The position numbers and the translations under genes were made by a program. A stretch of DNA of 59,122 bases, filler included. It is 9 parts of 9 records of this genome, joined end to end, with 100 filler letters (N's around TTAATTAATTAA, not from the genome) between each part and the next. Parts side by side here need not be neighbours in the genome. Positions count along the whole stretch, not along the records: positions 46,416 to 51,472 come from SRR31156797_120833; positions 51,573 to 59,122 come from SRR31156797_120844; 7 more parts are not named here. One strand, written 5' to 3'. A model generated the notes under the pieces. The model was not told the DNA's origin, searched no databases, and saw nothing but the letters and a program-made list of their open reading frames with translations. Below, piece after piece: positions 48,643 to 57,883 of the stretch; the stretch's first letter is position 1, and every line of letters begins with the position of its first letter.

Positions 48643-49686
48643 TCAGGCCGCCGCGTTGGAAGCGCTCAAAGAGCGGCTCAGTTCGATAAGAAGGTTGAGT
48701 TTTTCAAGGGCCGCGCCGGAATCAATTATTTCCGCAGCCAGGTTGACCCCTCTTTTAAGGTCTGATGTCATACCGGCGGCGGTGAGGGCGGCGGCCGTGT
48801 TGATAAGGGTCATGTCCCGGCAGGCGCCTTTTTCACCTTTTAAAACGGACAGAGTAATAGCCGCGTTGGTTGGCGCGCTGCCGCCCCTGATATCTTCGGG
48901 TCTGCCCAGGGCCAGGCCGGCGTCTTCGGGAGTTACTGTAAACGTGCCAAGTTCTCCCTTATCCAGCCTCGTCACCCTGGTCGGGCCTGTAATGCTTATT
49001 TCATCGCACCCGTCCATGCCGTGGACTACAAAAGCGCTCCGCCGTCCGAGTCGGGCCAGCACTCCGGCAATCTTTTCAGTCAAAATCGGGCTGTAAACCC
49101 CCAACACCTGCACATCCGCACCGGCCGGGTTTGTCAGCGGCCCCAAGACGTTAAAAACCGTTCTCATGCCCATTTCCCGCCTCGGCCCGGCCACGTGCCC
49201 CATGGCCGGGTGCAGCATGGGGGCAAAAAGGAATCCAATGCCAAGCTTGTCTATGCATTCGCCGACCTGGTCAGGGGTAAGGTCAAGATTGACACCGAGT
49301 TCTTCAAGCACGTCCGCGCTTCCGCAACGGCTGGAAATAGCCCGATTGCCGTGCTTGGCCGTTTTCAAATCCGCTCCGGCAACTACAAAAGCGGCAGTCG
49401 TGGATACGTTAAAACTTCCGGCCCCGTCGCCGCCGGTTCCGCAAGTGTCCACCAAAACCGAATCATTATCTCTTTTCAGAGGTATGGGCCTGCAACGGGC
49501 TCTCATCACCCTGGCCGCTCCCGCGATCTCTTCGACCGTCTCTCCTTTCATGCGCAACGAAGCCAGAAAAGCGCCAATTTGAGCGCCAGTGGCCTTGCCG
49601 TCAGCAATCTTTTCAACAGCGGACATCATTTCACTTTCATTCAGACTCTCGCCTTTAACCAGTTTTTGTATGGCTTCCTGAATCAT
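48643..49686 (-). CDS. trpD: Anthranilate phosphoribosyltransferase
   Basis: DTCGTGGDG, NVST, KHGNR, GSADVL, GPLTNP; no fused glutaminase domain. Confidence 0.97.
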   Translation of the reverse strand: MIQEAIQKLVKGESLNESEMMSAVEKIADGKATGAQIGAFLASLRMKGETVEEIAGAARVMRARCRPIPLKRDNDSVLVDTCGTGGDGAGSFNVSTTAAFVVAGADLKTAKHGNRAISSRCGSADVLEELGVNLDLTPDQVGECIDKLGIGFLFAPMLHPAMGHVAGPRREMGMRTVFNVLGPLTNPAGADVQVLGVYSPILTEKIAGVLARLGRRSAFVVHGMDGCDEISITGPTRVTRLDKGELGTFTVTPEDAGLALGRPEDIRGGSAPTNAAITLSVLKGEKGACRDMTLINTAAALTAAGMTSDLKRGVNLAAEIIDSGAALEKLNLLIELSRSLSASNAAA

Positions 49687-51068
49687 AGTTCCCCCTCCGC
49701 CGCCGTTTTCAAGGCATGAATGCTCTGGGCGGCCTTATGTTCAATTTCCCTGTATTCCATTTCCGGGTCGGAATCAGCCACAATGCCCGCTCCGACCGGT
49801 ATCGTAAACTTGTCCTTTTCAAAAAGAACCATCCTGATGCCGATGCATGTATCCGTGGCATTGCCCGGACCAAAGTATCCGACCGCGCCGCTGTATGGCC
49901 CCCGCGGCCCGCTTTCCAGCTCATCGATTATTTCCATGGCCCTGACCTTGGGGGCGCCGGAAACAGTGCCCGCCGGGAAACCGGCCATGAAAGCATCCAC
50001 CGCATGGCAATCTTCAGCCAGCTTGCCATGCACCTGGGAAACGATGTGCATGACATGGCTGTATCTTTCCACGGTCATGTAGGGGGTTATGGAAACAGTG
50101 CCGTGGGTCGAAACACGCCCGGCGTCGTTCCGGGCCAGGTCCACCAGCATGATGTGTTCGGCCCGCTCCTTTTCCGAGGCCATCAGTTCCTTTTCCAAAG
50201 CCAGGTCGGTTTCAGGATCGTCGGAACGACCGCGGGTGCCGGCAATGGGCCTCAGGGTCACCTTTCCGCCGACGACTTTGACCATGGTTTCCGGGGAAGC
50301 GCCGGCCAGTTGGTAGTCGCCGAAATTAAGATAGAACATGTAAGGAGAGGGGCTCTTAACCCGCAGGCAGCGGTAGAAATTGAACGGATCCACATCGGTT
50401 TTTCCGATAAAACGATCGGCCAGAACAACCTGGAATATGTCCCCGGCTTTAATATATTCCTTGGCCTTTGAAACCGCCTGCATATACCTTTCCTGAGGCG
50501 GGGCCGTAATTTCAACCTTGCCCTTGGGGCGCCCCAGAACCGTTATTTTTTTAAGGCCGGATTCCGTATCCCTGATTTTCGCAAGGCATTCATCCTCATT
50601 GTCGGCAATGCCGACCAGGGTCATTATTCGGCGCACATTGTCAAAAACCACGAAACGGGACGGGAACACCAGGCGGGCTATGGGAAGGGAAGCATCCGGG
50701 GCCGGGCCGAGTTCTTCGATTAGCCTGACCGCGTCAAACCCGACAAAGCCCATGAATGATCCCACCGCGGGCAAACCGTGCTCGTCGTTTAATTCATATC
50801 TTTCCAGTGACTGCCTTACGATATTGAAAAAGTCTTCAGCCGGGCGGTCAACCGCCCTTCCTTCCTCGACCTGGCTCACTTTATCCGGCCAAAGCGTCAG
50901 TGAGGAAATCGGATCGAACGCTATGATGGAGTAGCGGCCCACGCTTTCGTGGGTCTCCACGCTTTCTAGCAAAAACGAATCCGGAACAGCGCGGCAGAGT
51001 TTGTTGTAAGCCGACACCGGCGTTTCAGTATCAGCCAGCTTTTCCTTGATTTCTACAAACAGGTTCAT
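49683..51068 (-). CDS. trpE: Anthranilate synthase component I
   Basis: DTETPV, LLES, GDIFQVVL, SPYMF, PIAGTR, AEHIMLVDLARND, FPAGTVSGAPK; ATG 51068 after GGAGG. Confidence 0.96.
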   Translation of the reverse strand: MNLFVEIKEKLADTETPVSAYNKLCRAVPDSFLLESVETHESVGRYSIIAFDPISSLTLWPDKVSQVEEGRAVDRPAEDFFNIVRQSLERYELNDEHGLPAVGSFMGFVGFDAVRLIEELGPAPDASLPIARLVFPSRFVVFDNVRRIMTLVGIADNEDECLAKIRDTESGLKKITVLGRPKGKVEITAPPQERYMQAVSKAKEYIKAGDIFQVVLADRFIGKTDVDPFNFYRCLRVKSPSPYMFYLNFGDYQLAGASPETMVKVVGGKVTLRPIAGTRGRSDDPETDLALEKELMASEKERAEHIMLVDLARNDAGRVSTHGTVSITPYMTVERYSHVMHIVSQVHGKLAEDCHAVDAFMAGFPAGTVSGAPKVRAMEIIDELESGPRGPYSGAVGYFGPGNATDTCIGIRMVLFEKDKFTIPVGAGIVADSDPEMEYREIEHKAAQSIHALKTAAEGEL

Positions 51069-51086
51069 CTTAATTCCTCCTGACAC

Positions 51087-51124
51087 AAAAAAAGGGCCCG
51101 CCGTCTTGTCGACGGCGGGCCCTT
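51087..51124 (-). terminator. trp attenuator terminator
   Basis: Minus strand GGGCCCGCCGTC-gacaa-GACGGCGGGCCC-TTTTTTT, immediately before the trpE RBS. Confidence 0.92.
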
Positions 51125-51150
51125 GTTAACAGGCTTTGGATATTGTTCTT

Positions 51151-51330
51151 CTAAATTATACTAAAAGGTCGCTCCTCAGCCCCCACCGTCTTATTATCGG
51201 TGTTCCGCCACCAGAGATATCCGCTAAACGAAGAATCAAGAAAAAGACGAGCGTCGGCCCGGGCCGCGTTATCGGCGTCCCTGTTAAACCGCCCGTTCAG
51301 GTGCGGGGTCTGTGAGACTGAATTCATCAT
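51151..51330 (-). CDS. trpL: trp operon leader peptide (59 aa, Trp-Trp at residues 40-41)
   Basis: MMNSVSQ...SGYLWWRNTDNK...II*; tandem TGG TGG at 51213-51208 upstream of alternative hairpins. Confidence 0.75.
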   Translation of the reverse strand: MMNSVSQTPHLNGRFNRDADNAARADARLFLDSSFSGYLWWRNTDNKTVGAEERPFSII

Positions 51331-51339
51331 GGTTCGATC

Positions 51340-51397
51340 TTCATAATCGTTTATGTATAACTTTGTCAAGGATAATTTTTTTACAATTGTATGTCAA
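51340..51397 (-). promoter_or_regulatory. Tandem putative sigma70 promoters of the trp leader
   Basis: TTGACA(51397)-N17-TATCCT and TTGACA(51369)-N18-TATGAA. Confidence 0.6.
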
Positions 51398-51444
51398 TAT
51401 GTAAATGGTATTATGCTAACGTTTAATTAACGGGGTTTTCTACT

Positions 51445-51470
51445 CGTTCCCAGGCTCCCGCCTGGGAACG
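51445..51470. repeat. REP-like palindrome at contig end
   Basis: CGTTCCCAGGC-tccc-GCCTGGGAACG, perfect 11-bp stem without a U tract. Confidence 0.6.
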
Positions 51471-51472
51471 CA

Positions 51473-51572
51473 NNNNNNNNNNNNNNNNNNNNNNNNNNNN
51501 NNNNNNNNNNNNNNNNTTAATTAATTAANNNNNNNNNNNNNNNNNNNNNNNNNNNNNNNNNNNNNNNNNNNN
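51473..51572. other. Artificial contig spacer
   Basis: N44-TTAATTAATTAA-N44. Confidence 0.98.
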
Positions 51573-51905
51573 ATCCACGGCAAATGCCGCCAAGCCGCCA
51601 AAACCGGCAATTCCGAAGCCTATATCCGCCTCAACGAGGACTTCCACGAAATCATCTACGGCGGCACCCACAACCGCTTCATCGGTGAACTGGCAAGAAA
51701 CCTGCGTCACCGCACGGCCCCTTTCAGAAACCGCCAGTTCCGCGATACCGAAGGCCTAGAGCTGTCCTACGAAAGCCACGGACGCATCGTCGATGCGATC
51801 GACGGCAACCGTTCCGATGAAGCCTTTTCGGGCATGCATGAACATGCGACCGCATCCGGCATGGCCATCTTGCGCTCAGGTTTGGCCGAACGCGACCAAA
51901 ACTGA
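51573..51905 (+). CDS. GntR family regulator, FCD C-terminal fragment
   Basis: Manual translation ...YIRLNEDFHEIIYGGTHNRFI...SYESHGRIVDAI...MHEH...*. Confidence 0.82.
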   Translation: MHGKCRQAAKTGNSEAYIRLNEDFHEIIYGGTHNRFIGELARNLRHRTAPFRNRQFRDTEGLELSYESHGRIVDAIDGNRSDEAFSGMHEHATASGMAILRSGLAERDQN

Positions 51906-51926
51906 CATAGCCACTTAAATTGCTAT

Positions 51927-51956
51927 TTGTCCACAATACATATTTTGTGTATACAA
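51927..51956. promoter_or_regulatory. Putative GntR/FadR-type operator pair
   Basis: TTGTccACAA (51927) and TGTATACAA (51948) upstream of the lactonase gene. Confidence 0.55.
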
Positions 51957-52011
51957 TAGATCATCACGGGGGCGATTCCCCGGCAAAGGGTCTGGAGCAG
52001 AAGGATTTCCC

Positions 52012-52848
52012 ATGTCGATCGAAAATACAAAAATCTACCCGATCAATACCGGCTGGCTGGAAGCCGACCTCGGCACCTACGTCTTCTGGAAAGGCAAGGC
52101 CGGCGAAAAGATGTGGAACCCGACACTCTGCTTCTACGTCGATACCGGCGAGCACAAGATCATGGTCGACACCGGCCTGTCGGATGCCGAACGTGCCACC
52201 AAATACCACCACAAATGCGAAAAGCGCGGCTGTGTCGAGGCGCCCGAGGCGCTCCGGAAGATGGGCGTCGATCCGGATGAAATCGACATCGTCATCTTTA
52301 CCCACCTGCATTGGGACCATGTGCAGAACATGAAGGAGTTCAAGAACGCCCGCTATATCTGCACCGATACGGAACTGCTGTTCGCCCACAATCCGTTGCC
52401 GCTTTATTACCGCTCCTACGAATCACCAGTCCTCGGCATCGAAGCCCCGTTCATCGGCTGCAATTTCGAACTGGTGAAAATGGGAAGCGAAGTGGAGATC
52501 GTGCCCGGAGTCAGCGTTTTCCCGACACCTGGGCATTGCCCTGGACATCAGGCCGTTTCGGTGAAAACGGCGGTCGGCGACATTGTCATGGTCGGCGACG
52601 CCTTCTTCCTGTGGCGCAACATGGAACCGAACTTGGAAGAGAAGTGGCGCTATTGGGTGCCGGCCCGATTCTTCAATTCCGTTGAAGGCTGGAAAAGCAT
52701 CGAACTGATCGACATGAAAGCCGATTTCACCCTGCCGACCCACGAGGCAGGCGTTCTGGAACACGATGTCTATCCGTACGAAGGCATGCCGCTTCGCGAA
52801 CGCCGTAAGCACGTTCCCGGCACATCATTCTTTATCGCCGGCATCTAG
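52012..52848 (+). CDS. Metallo-beta-lactamase-fold lactonase (AiiA/AttM family)
   Basis: VDTG, THLHWDH, TPGHCPGHQ, GDA, PTHE. Confidence 0.88.
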   Translation: MSIENTKIYPINTGWLEADLGTYVFWKGKAGEKMWNPTLCFYVDTGEHKIMVDTGLSDAERATKYHHKCEKRGCVEAPEALRKMGVDPDEIDIVIFTHLHWDHVQNMKEFKNARYICTDTELLFAHNPLPLYYRSYESPVLGIEAPFIGCNFELVKMGSEVEIVPGVSVFPTPGHCPGHQAVSVKTAVGDIVMVGDAFFLWRNMEPNLEEKWRYWVPARFFNSVEGWKSIELIDMKADFTLPTHEAGVLEHDVYPYEGMPLRERRKHVPGTSFFIAGI

Positions 52849-52876
52849 CCTCGATACCGACAGAAGAAGTTATCTC

Positions 52877-52906
52877 GAGAGGGCCCCGCGAGGGCCCTCT
52901 CTTTTT
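52877..52906 (+). terminator. Intrinsic terminator
   Basis: GAGAGGGCCC-cgcga-GGGCCCTCTC-TTTTT. Confidence 0.88.
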
Positions 52907-52950
52907 GCGGCCGTTCTCCCTCCCGACCTCATATCCGCAATGGATTTCGC

Positions 52951-55900
52951 TCAGGCGGGTTTCTCGGCGGTTTCCAACGCTTCTTCCGGACGGTGGCGGC
53001 GTGCGATCAGCGTATAGACGGCTGGAATCACGAACAGGGTGAAGAAGGTTCCGACCAGCAATCCGCCGACGATGACCCAACCGATGGCACGGCGGCTTTC
53101 GGCACCGGCACCGGTGGCCAATGCCAAGGGTAACGACCCCAACACCATCGCACCGGTCGTCATCAGGATGGGCCGAAGGCGCAACACCGCGGAGTCGATG
53201 ACCGCCGCCGCCCGGTTTTGGCCCTGGGCCTGGATCTGATTGGCGAACTCGACAATCAGAATGCCGTGTTTGGTGATCAGGCCGATAAGGGTGACGAGGC
53301 CGACCTGGCTGTAGATGTTGAAGGTCTGCCCGGTTTGATCGAGGGCGAGAAGCGCCCCGGTGACCGACAACGGCACGGTCATCAGGATGATGAAAGGATC
53401 GACGAAGCTTTCGAACTGCGCGGCCAGCAGCAGATAGATGAAGATGATGGCCAGCGCAAAGATAAGCATCATGCTAGTGGTCGATTGCTTGAACTCGCGG
53501 GATTCGCCGGAATATTCCGTCAGAACCGTCGCCGGCAGCGCGGTTTCGGCCGTATCCTCCATGAAGTCCAAGGCCTGGCCCAGGGTGTAACCGGGCGCAA
53601 GGTTGGCGTCGACGGTGGCGGCGCGCAACTGGTCGAAATGGTTCAGGGATTTTGCCGTGACGCTTTCCGAGATGTCGACGATGTTGGACAAGGGAACCAT
53701 GCCGCCGTTCTCCGCGCGCACGAAAACCTTCATCAGGTCGCTCGGGTTGCGCCGGTGAATGTCGGCGACCTTGACGATCACGTCGTACTGTTCGCCGTCC
53801 TTCTTGAAGCGGGTGACCTGGCGGCCGCCAAGCAGGGTCTCGAGAGTCCGTCCGATGGTTCCGACATCGATGCCCATATCGGCAACCTTGTCCCGGTTGA
53901 CGGATATGTCGACCTGCGGCTTGTTGAGCTTGAGATCGGAATCGACGTTGACCAGGTTCGGATTCTTGCGGACTTCGGCAAGATAGGCGGCAACCACCTT
54001 TTCGAGTTCGCGATAGGGCAGCGTGCTGCGGATCACGAACTGAACCGGCTTCTTGCCCGGGCTTTGTCCGAGCGACGGCGGATTGATCGGAAAGGCCAGT
54101 ATCCCCGGTATGCCCAGAAGCTGCGGGAACAGTTCACGGGCGATCTGCATCTGGGATTTCTGACGTTCGTCCCAGTCGATGAGATCGATAATGGCGATTG
54201 CCTGGGTGACTTCCGGATAGCCGGCGACGGCGAAGACCCTCTCCGATTCGGGAACCTTGGAAAATACCGATTCCATCTGCCGGCCGTAGCGGTCGGTATA
54301 GTCGAGCGTTGCCCCTTCCGGCGCGATTCCGAAGCCGATGATGGCGCCGCGGTCCTCGACCGGCGCCAGTTCCGAATTCAGTCTTTCGTATAGAAAATAG
54401 CTGCTGCTGGCGACCACCAGTCCCAGCAGGATGACGAGAAAACGGAACCGGAGCGCTGCCGTCAGGGTCGCGCGGTACCCCGAGACCAAGCCGTTGATGC
54501 CGCTTTCGAAGACGTTGTAGAGCAGGTTGTGCCGGGCATGGTGGCGCAGCAGCCTGGAACACATCATCGGTGACAGGGTCAGGGCAACGAAACCCGACAC
54601 CAGAACGGCACCGGCGACGGTCCAGGCAAATTCGGTGAACAGGCGGCCGGTAGTTCCCGACGTGAACCCGATCGGCGCATAGACCGACGCCAGGGTCAGG
54701 GTCATGGCGATGATGGCAAAACCGATCTCGCGGCTTCCCTGAAACGCAGCCTTCATGCGCGGCATGCCCTCTTCGATGTGGCGGTGGATGTTCTCGAGCA
54801 CGACGATGGCGTCGTCGACGACCAATCCGACCGCCAGCACCAGTCCGAGCAGCGTCAACGTATTGATGCTGAAACCGAGCGCCAGCATGATCCCGAAGGT
54901 GCCGATCAGGGCCACCGGAATGGTGACGACCGGAATCAGGACGGCGCGGAACGACCGCAGAAACAGGAAAATGATCAGCACCACCAGGGCGATGGCTTCG
55001 GCGATGGCCTTGAACACGTTGTCGATGGATTTTTCGATGAACACCGACTGGTCATAGGCCACCGTCAAGTGCATCCCGGCAGGCAGGCTGTCGGCAATGC
55101 GGTCCATCTGGTTGCGAACCTCGCGCGAGACGTCGAGGGGATTGGCGGTGGCCTGCTTGACGACGCCGAGACCGATCAGGATCTGCCCCTGCAGGCGCGC
55201 CCGCATGCGTTCGTTCTCGGTGCCCAGTTCCACCTGGCCGACATCGGACAGGCGAACCGGATAGCCGCCCTCGACGCGCAGGATGAGTTTATCGAATTCC
55301 GCCGGTGTCTGTAGGTCGGTCACCGCCTGGACGGTGAATTCGCGGTTGGCGCTTTCGATGCGGCCGGCGGGAATTTCGACGTTCTGATTGCGCAGGGCGG
55401 CCTCGACGTCCTGCACCGTCAGATTGAAGGCGGCCAGCCGCATGGGATCGAGCCAGATGCGCATGGCGTAGCGGCGTTCGCCCATGATCATGACCTGCGC
55501 CACCCCGGGCAGGGTTTGCAGCCGATCCTTCAGATAGCGATCGGCATAGTCGGTGATTTCGAGCTCGTCGTGAATATCGCTGCCGAAGGCCAGATACAGG
55601 ATCGGCTGGGCATCGGCCTCGACCCGCAGAATGACGGGATCGTCCGCCTCGTCGGGCAGCAGGCCGCGCACGCGGCTGACCCGGTCACGCACGTCATTGG
55701 CGGCCTCGTTGGCGTCCCGTTCGAGCCGGAAGGTGATGGTGATCTGGCTTTCTTCCGGACGACTCACCGACGAAATGAAGTCGATCCCCTCGATACCGGC
55801 AAGGGAATCCTCCAGCACCTGGGTGATCTGGCTTTCGATGATCTCGGAATTGGCGCCTCGATAATCGGTGCTGACGCTGACCACCGGCGGGTCGATGTTG

Positions 55901-56013
55901 GGGTATTCGCGGACCGTGAGGTCCTTGTAGCTGATGGCGCCGACCAGCAGTACCAGCAGGCTCATCACAGTGGCCAGCACCGGCCGCTTGATCGACAGAT
56001 CCGAAAAGACCAT
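52951..56013 (-). CDS. RND efflux permease (AcrB/AcrD/AcrF family)
   Basis: IKRPV, GLVVDDAIVVLENI, ALTLSPMM, RLRPILMTT; 1020 aa. Confidence 0.96.
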   Translation of the reverse strand: MVFSDLSIKRPVLATVMSLLVLLVGAISYKDLTVREYPNIDPPVVSVSTDYRGANSEIIESQITQVLEDSLAGIEGIDFISSVSRPEESQITITFRLERDANEAANDVRDRVSRVRGLLPDEADDPVILRVEADAQPILYLAFGSDIHDELEITDYADRYLKDRLQTLPGVAQVMIMGERRYAMRIWLDPMRLAAFNLTVQDVEAALRNQNVEIPAGRIESANREFTVQAVTDLQTPAEFDKLILRVEGGYPVRLSDVGQVELGTENERMRARLQGQILIGLGVVKQATANPLDVSREVRNQMDRIADSLPAGMHLTVAYDQSVFIEKSIDNVFKAIAEAIALVVLIIFLFLRSFRAVLIPVVTIPVALIGTFGIMLALGFSINTLTLLGLVLAVGLVVDDAIVVLENIHRHIEEGMPRMKAAFQGSREIGFAIIAMTLTLASVYAPIGFTSGTTGRLFTEFAWTVAGAVLVSGFVALTLSPMMCSRLLRHHARHNLLYNVFESGINGLVSGYRATLTAALRFRFLVILLGLVVASSSYFLYERLNSELAPVEDRGAIIGFGIAPEGATLDYTDRYGRQMESVFSKVPESERVFAVAGYPEVTQAIAIIDLIDWDERQKSQMQIARELFPQLLGIPGILAFPINPPSLGQSPGKKPVQFVIRSTLPYRELEKVVAAYLAEVRKNPNLVNVDSDLKLNKPQVDISVNRDKVADMGIDVGTIGRTLETLLGGRQVTRFKKDGEQYDVIVKVADIHRRNPSDLMKVFVRAENGGMVPLSNIVDISESVTAKSLNHFDQLRAATVDANLAPGYTLGQALDFMEDTAETALPATVLTEYSGESREFKQSTTSMMLIFALAIIFIYLLLAAQFESFVDPFIILMTVPLSVTGALLALDQTGQTFNIYSQVGLVTLIGLITKHGILIVEFANQIQAQGQNRAAAVIDSAVLRLRPILMTTGAMVLGSLPLALATGAGAESRRAIGWVIVGGLLVGTFFTLFVIPAVYTLIARRHRPEEALETAEKPA

Positions 56014-56017
56014 GGCG

Positions 56018-57100
56018 TCAGGCTCCCGGGGCCGACGGAAGGACCATCACTGGGGCACCGTCGCGCAGCTTCTGTTGCCCGGCGATGACCACGATGTCCC
56101 GGGGTTCCAATCCCTTGCTGATCTCGACATCGCCGTTCTGACGCAGGCCGAGCGTCACTTCGGTCAGCGCGACCTTGCCGTCGACGACCTTGTAGACACT
56201 TTTTTTGTCGCCGATCGGGACGACGGCCTCTTCCGGCACCAGTATCGCATCGGCGTGCATTTCCATGTGAAGGACGACCCGCGCGAACAGGCCGGGCCGC
56301 AACGCGCCGGATGGATTGGCGATACGCGCGCGCACCGAAAAACTGCGGGTATGGGCGTCCACCTTCGGATCGATGCTGTAGACGGTGCCGACGAAAACAT
56401 CGTCGCCGAAGGCATCGAGGCCGATCGCAATCTCCTGTCCGACCGCAACCGATGTAAGCGCCGTTTCGGGAACCCGGAAATCGATCTTTATCGGGTCGAT
56501 CGCCTCGATATTGACGATATCCTGGCCGGGACTGACATAGTCGCCCGGACTGATCCGCCGCATGCCGACAATGCCGCCGAACGGCGCCCGGATAGTGGTT
56601 TTCCTGAGCATGACCTCGGCCAGCACGACGGATGCCTCGTCCACCTTAAGCTTCGATTGGGCCTCGTCCAGGGCGCGTGCCGTGCCCGCCCCCTTGCCGT
56701 AAAGCTGTTTGGCCCTTTCGAAGTTCTTGCGGCTCAGTTCCAGGGCCGCTTTGGTTTGCGCCAGTTCGGCCCGCAAAGTCGACGAATCGAGGCGAACCAC
56801 CATGTCGCCCTTCTTGATGCCCTGCCCCTCCTCGAAGCCGATTTCGACGATGCGCCCGGCGATTTCCGGCCGGATGACGACCGATTCGTCGGAAAGCAGC
56901 GTGCCGACCGCGTCGATCATGCGCGACAGATCGGCAATCCGAACCTCCGTCGCCTCGACCGGAACGCCTTGCTGAACGGGATTCGACGGTTGCGCCGTGG
57001 TGACGACGGCCGCCGAATTCGATTGCATCAGGCCCCAATAGGCACCGCCGGCGACGCCGGCGATGACGAGGGAAAGCAAAAGCAGTTTGACGAATCGCAT
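56018..57100 (-). CDS. RND periplasmic adaptor (membrane fusion protein)
   Basis: N-terminal anchor, lipoyl halves (PEIAGRI, IRAPFGG), LRPGLF, VPEEAV. Confidence 0.95.
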   Translation of the reverse strand: MRFVKLLLLSLVIAGVAGGAYWGLMQSNSAAVVTTAQPSNPVQQGVPVEATEVRIADLSRMIDAVGTLLSDESVVIRPEIAGRIVEIGFEEGQGIKKGDMVVRLDSSTLRAELAQTKAALELSRKNFERAKQLYGKGAGTARALDEAQSKLKVDEASVVLAEVMLRKTTIRAPFGGIVGMRRISPGDYVSPGQDIVNIEAIDPIKIDFRVPETALTSVAVGQEIAIGLDAFGDDVFVGTVYSIDPKVDAHTRSFSVRARIANPSGALRPGLFARVVLHMEMHADAILVPEEAVVPIGDKKSVYKVVDGKVALTEVTLGLRQNGDVEISKGLEPRDIVVIAGQQKLRDGAPVMVLPSAPGA

Positions 57101-57128
57101 AAAGCACCTTGGATCTACGAGTACAAAT

Positions 57129-57151
57129 TTGGACTGGACCGTCTAGTCCAA
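57129..57151. promoter_or_regulatory. TetR-type operator
   Basis: TTGGACTGGAC-c-GTCTAGTCCAA (one mismatch) between the divergent adaptor and tetR genes. Confidence 0.75.
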
Positions 57152-57215
57152 TAAGCCTAGTGTTGACGCCTGTCAAGTGTGTTACCAAATCGGTGAGGGG
57201 GGGAGCGCGTAAATC

Positions 57216-57857
57216 ATGGATAGACATCTGGATTCAGCGGAACACGGAGACCACGGATTGGCAAAAAACCGGATCGCGATTCTCGACGCGGCGGCGGAAA
57301 CTTTTATAGCCCGCGGTTACGTCAACACGTCGATGGAAGCGATCGCCAAACGAGCGGCGGTTTCCAAACAAACGGTCTACAACCACTTCCCGTCCAAGGA
57401 GGATCTGTTCTCTGCGATTGTCCGCACCGAATGCGACCAATTTCTCGAGCCACTAATCGCGGTGGAAACCGCCGATCGGCCAACCCGGGACGTATTGATG
57501 GATATCGGTGCCATAATCATCAACGTGCTGCTGGTGCCGCGTAGCATCGGCTTGTACCGTGTGCTTATTGCCGAAGCGCCGCATTTTGGGGAATTGGGAA
57601 AGGTATTTTACAAGGCGGGGCCACAATTCACCATTGAGAGACTCGCCGGGTATCTCGCCTCTGAAGCGGCCAAGGGCCGTCTTAAAATCGACGATGCGGA
57701 AGTTGCGGCACACCATTATTTCGGCATGGTCGCCAACCACATCGAACATCTGTGCTTACTGGGCATCCAGACGTTTTTGCCGAAACCGGAACTGGACCGC
57801 TGGCTGACAATGGGCGTCGACGCCTTCCTGCGCGCCTATGCGCCGGTCGAACCATAA
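57216..57857 (+). CDS. TetR/AcrR family regulator
   Basis: ILDAAAETF..RGY..TSMEAIAKRAAVSKQTVYNHFPSKEDLF; C-terminal VDAFLRAY. Confidence 0.95.
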   Translation: MDRHLDSAEHGDHGLAKNRIAILDAAAETFIARGYVNTSMEAIAKRAAVSKQTVYNHFPSKEDLFSAIVRTECDQFLEPLIAVETADRPTRDVLMDIGAIIINVLLVPRSIGLYRVLIAEAPHFGELGKVFYKAGPQFTIERLAGYLASEAAKGRLKIDDAEVAAHHYFGMVANHIEHLCLLGIQTFLPKPELDRWLTMGVDAFLRAYAPVEP

Positions 57858-57883
57858 GGAATTGCGCCATTGGATTCCGGGGC

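Noticed and set aside
51331-51369. TTG start giving a 72-aa trp leader peptide
   Set aside because: That TTG is part of a TTGACA -35 box and overlaps the upstream -10, so it would not be in the transcript; ATG 51330 is preferred.
10262-51572. Recurring TTAATTAATTAA as a biological repeat, and ORFs ending in X...LIN
   Set aside because: Always centred in an identical N run; it is an artificial six-frame stop linker.
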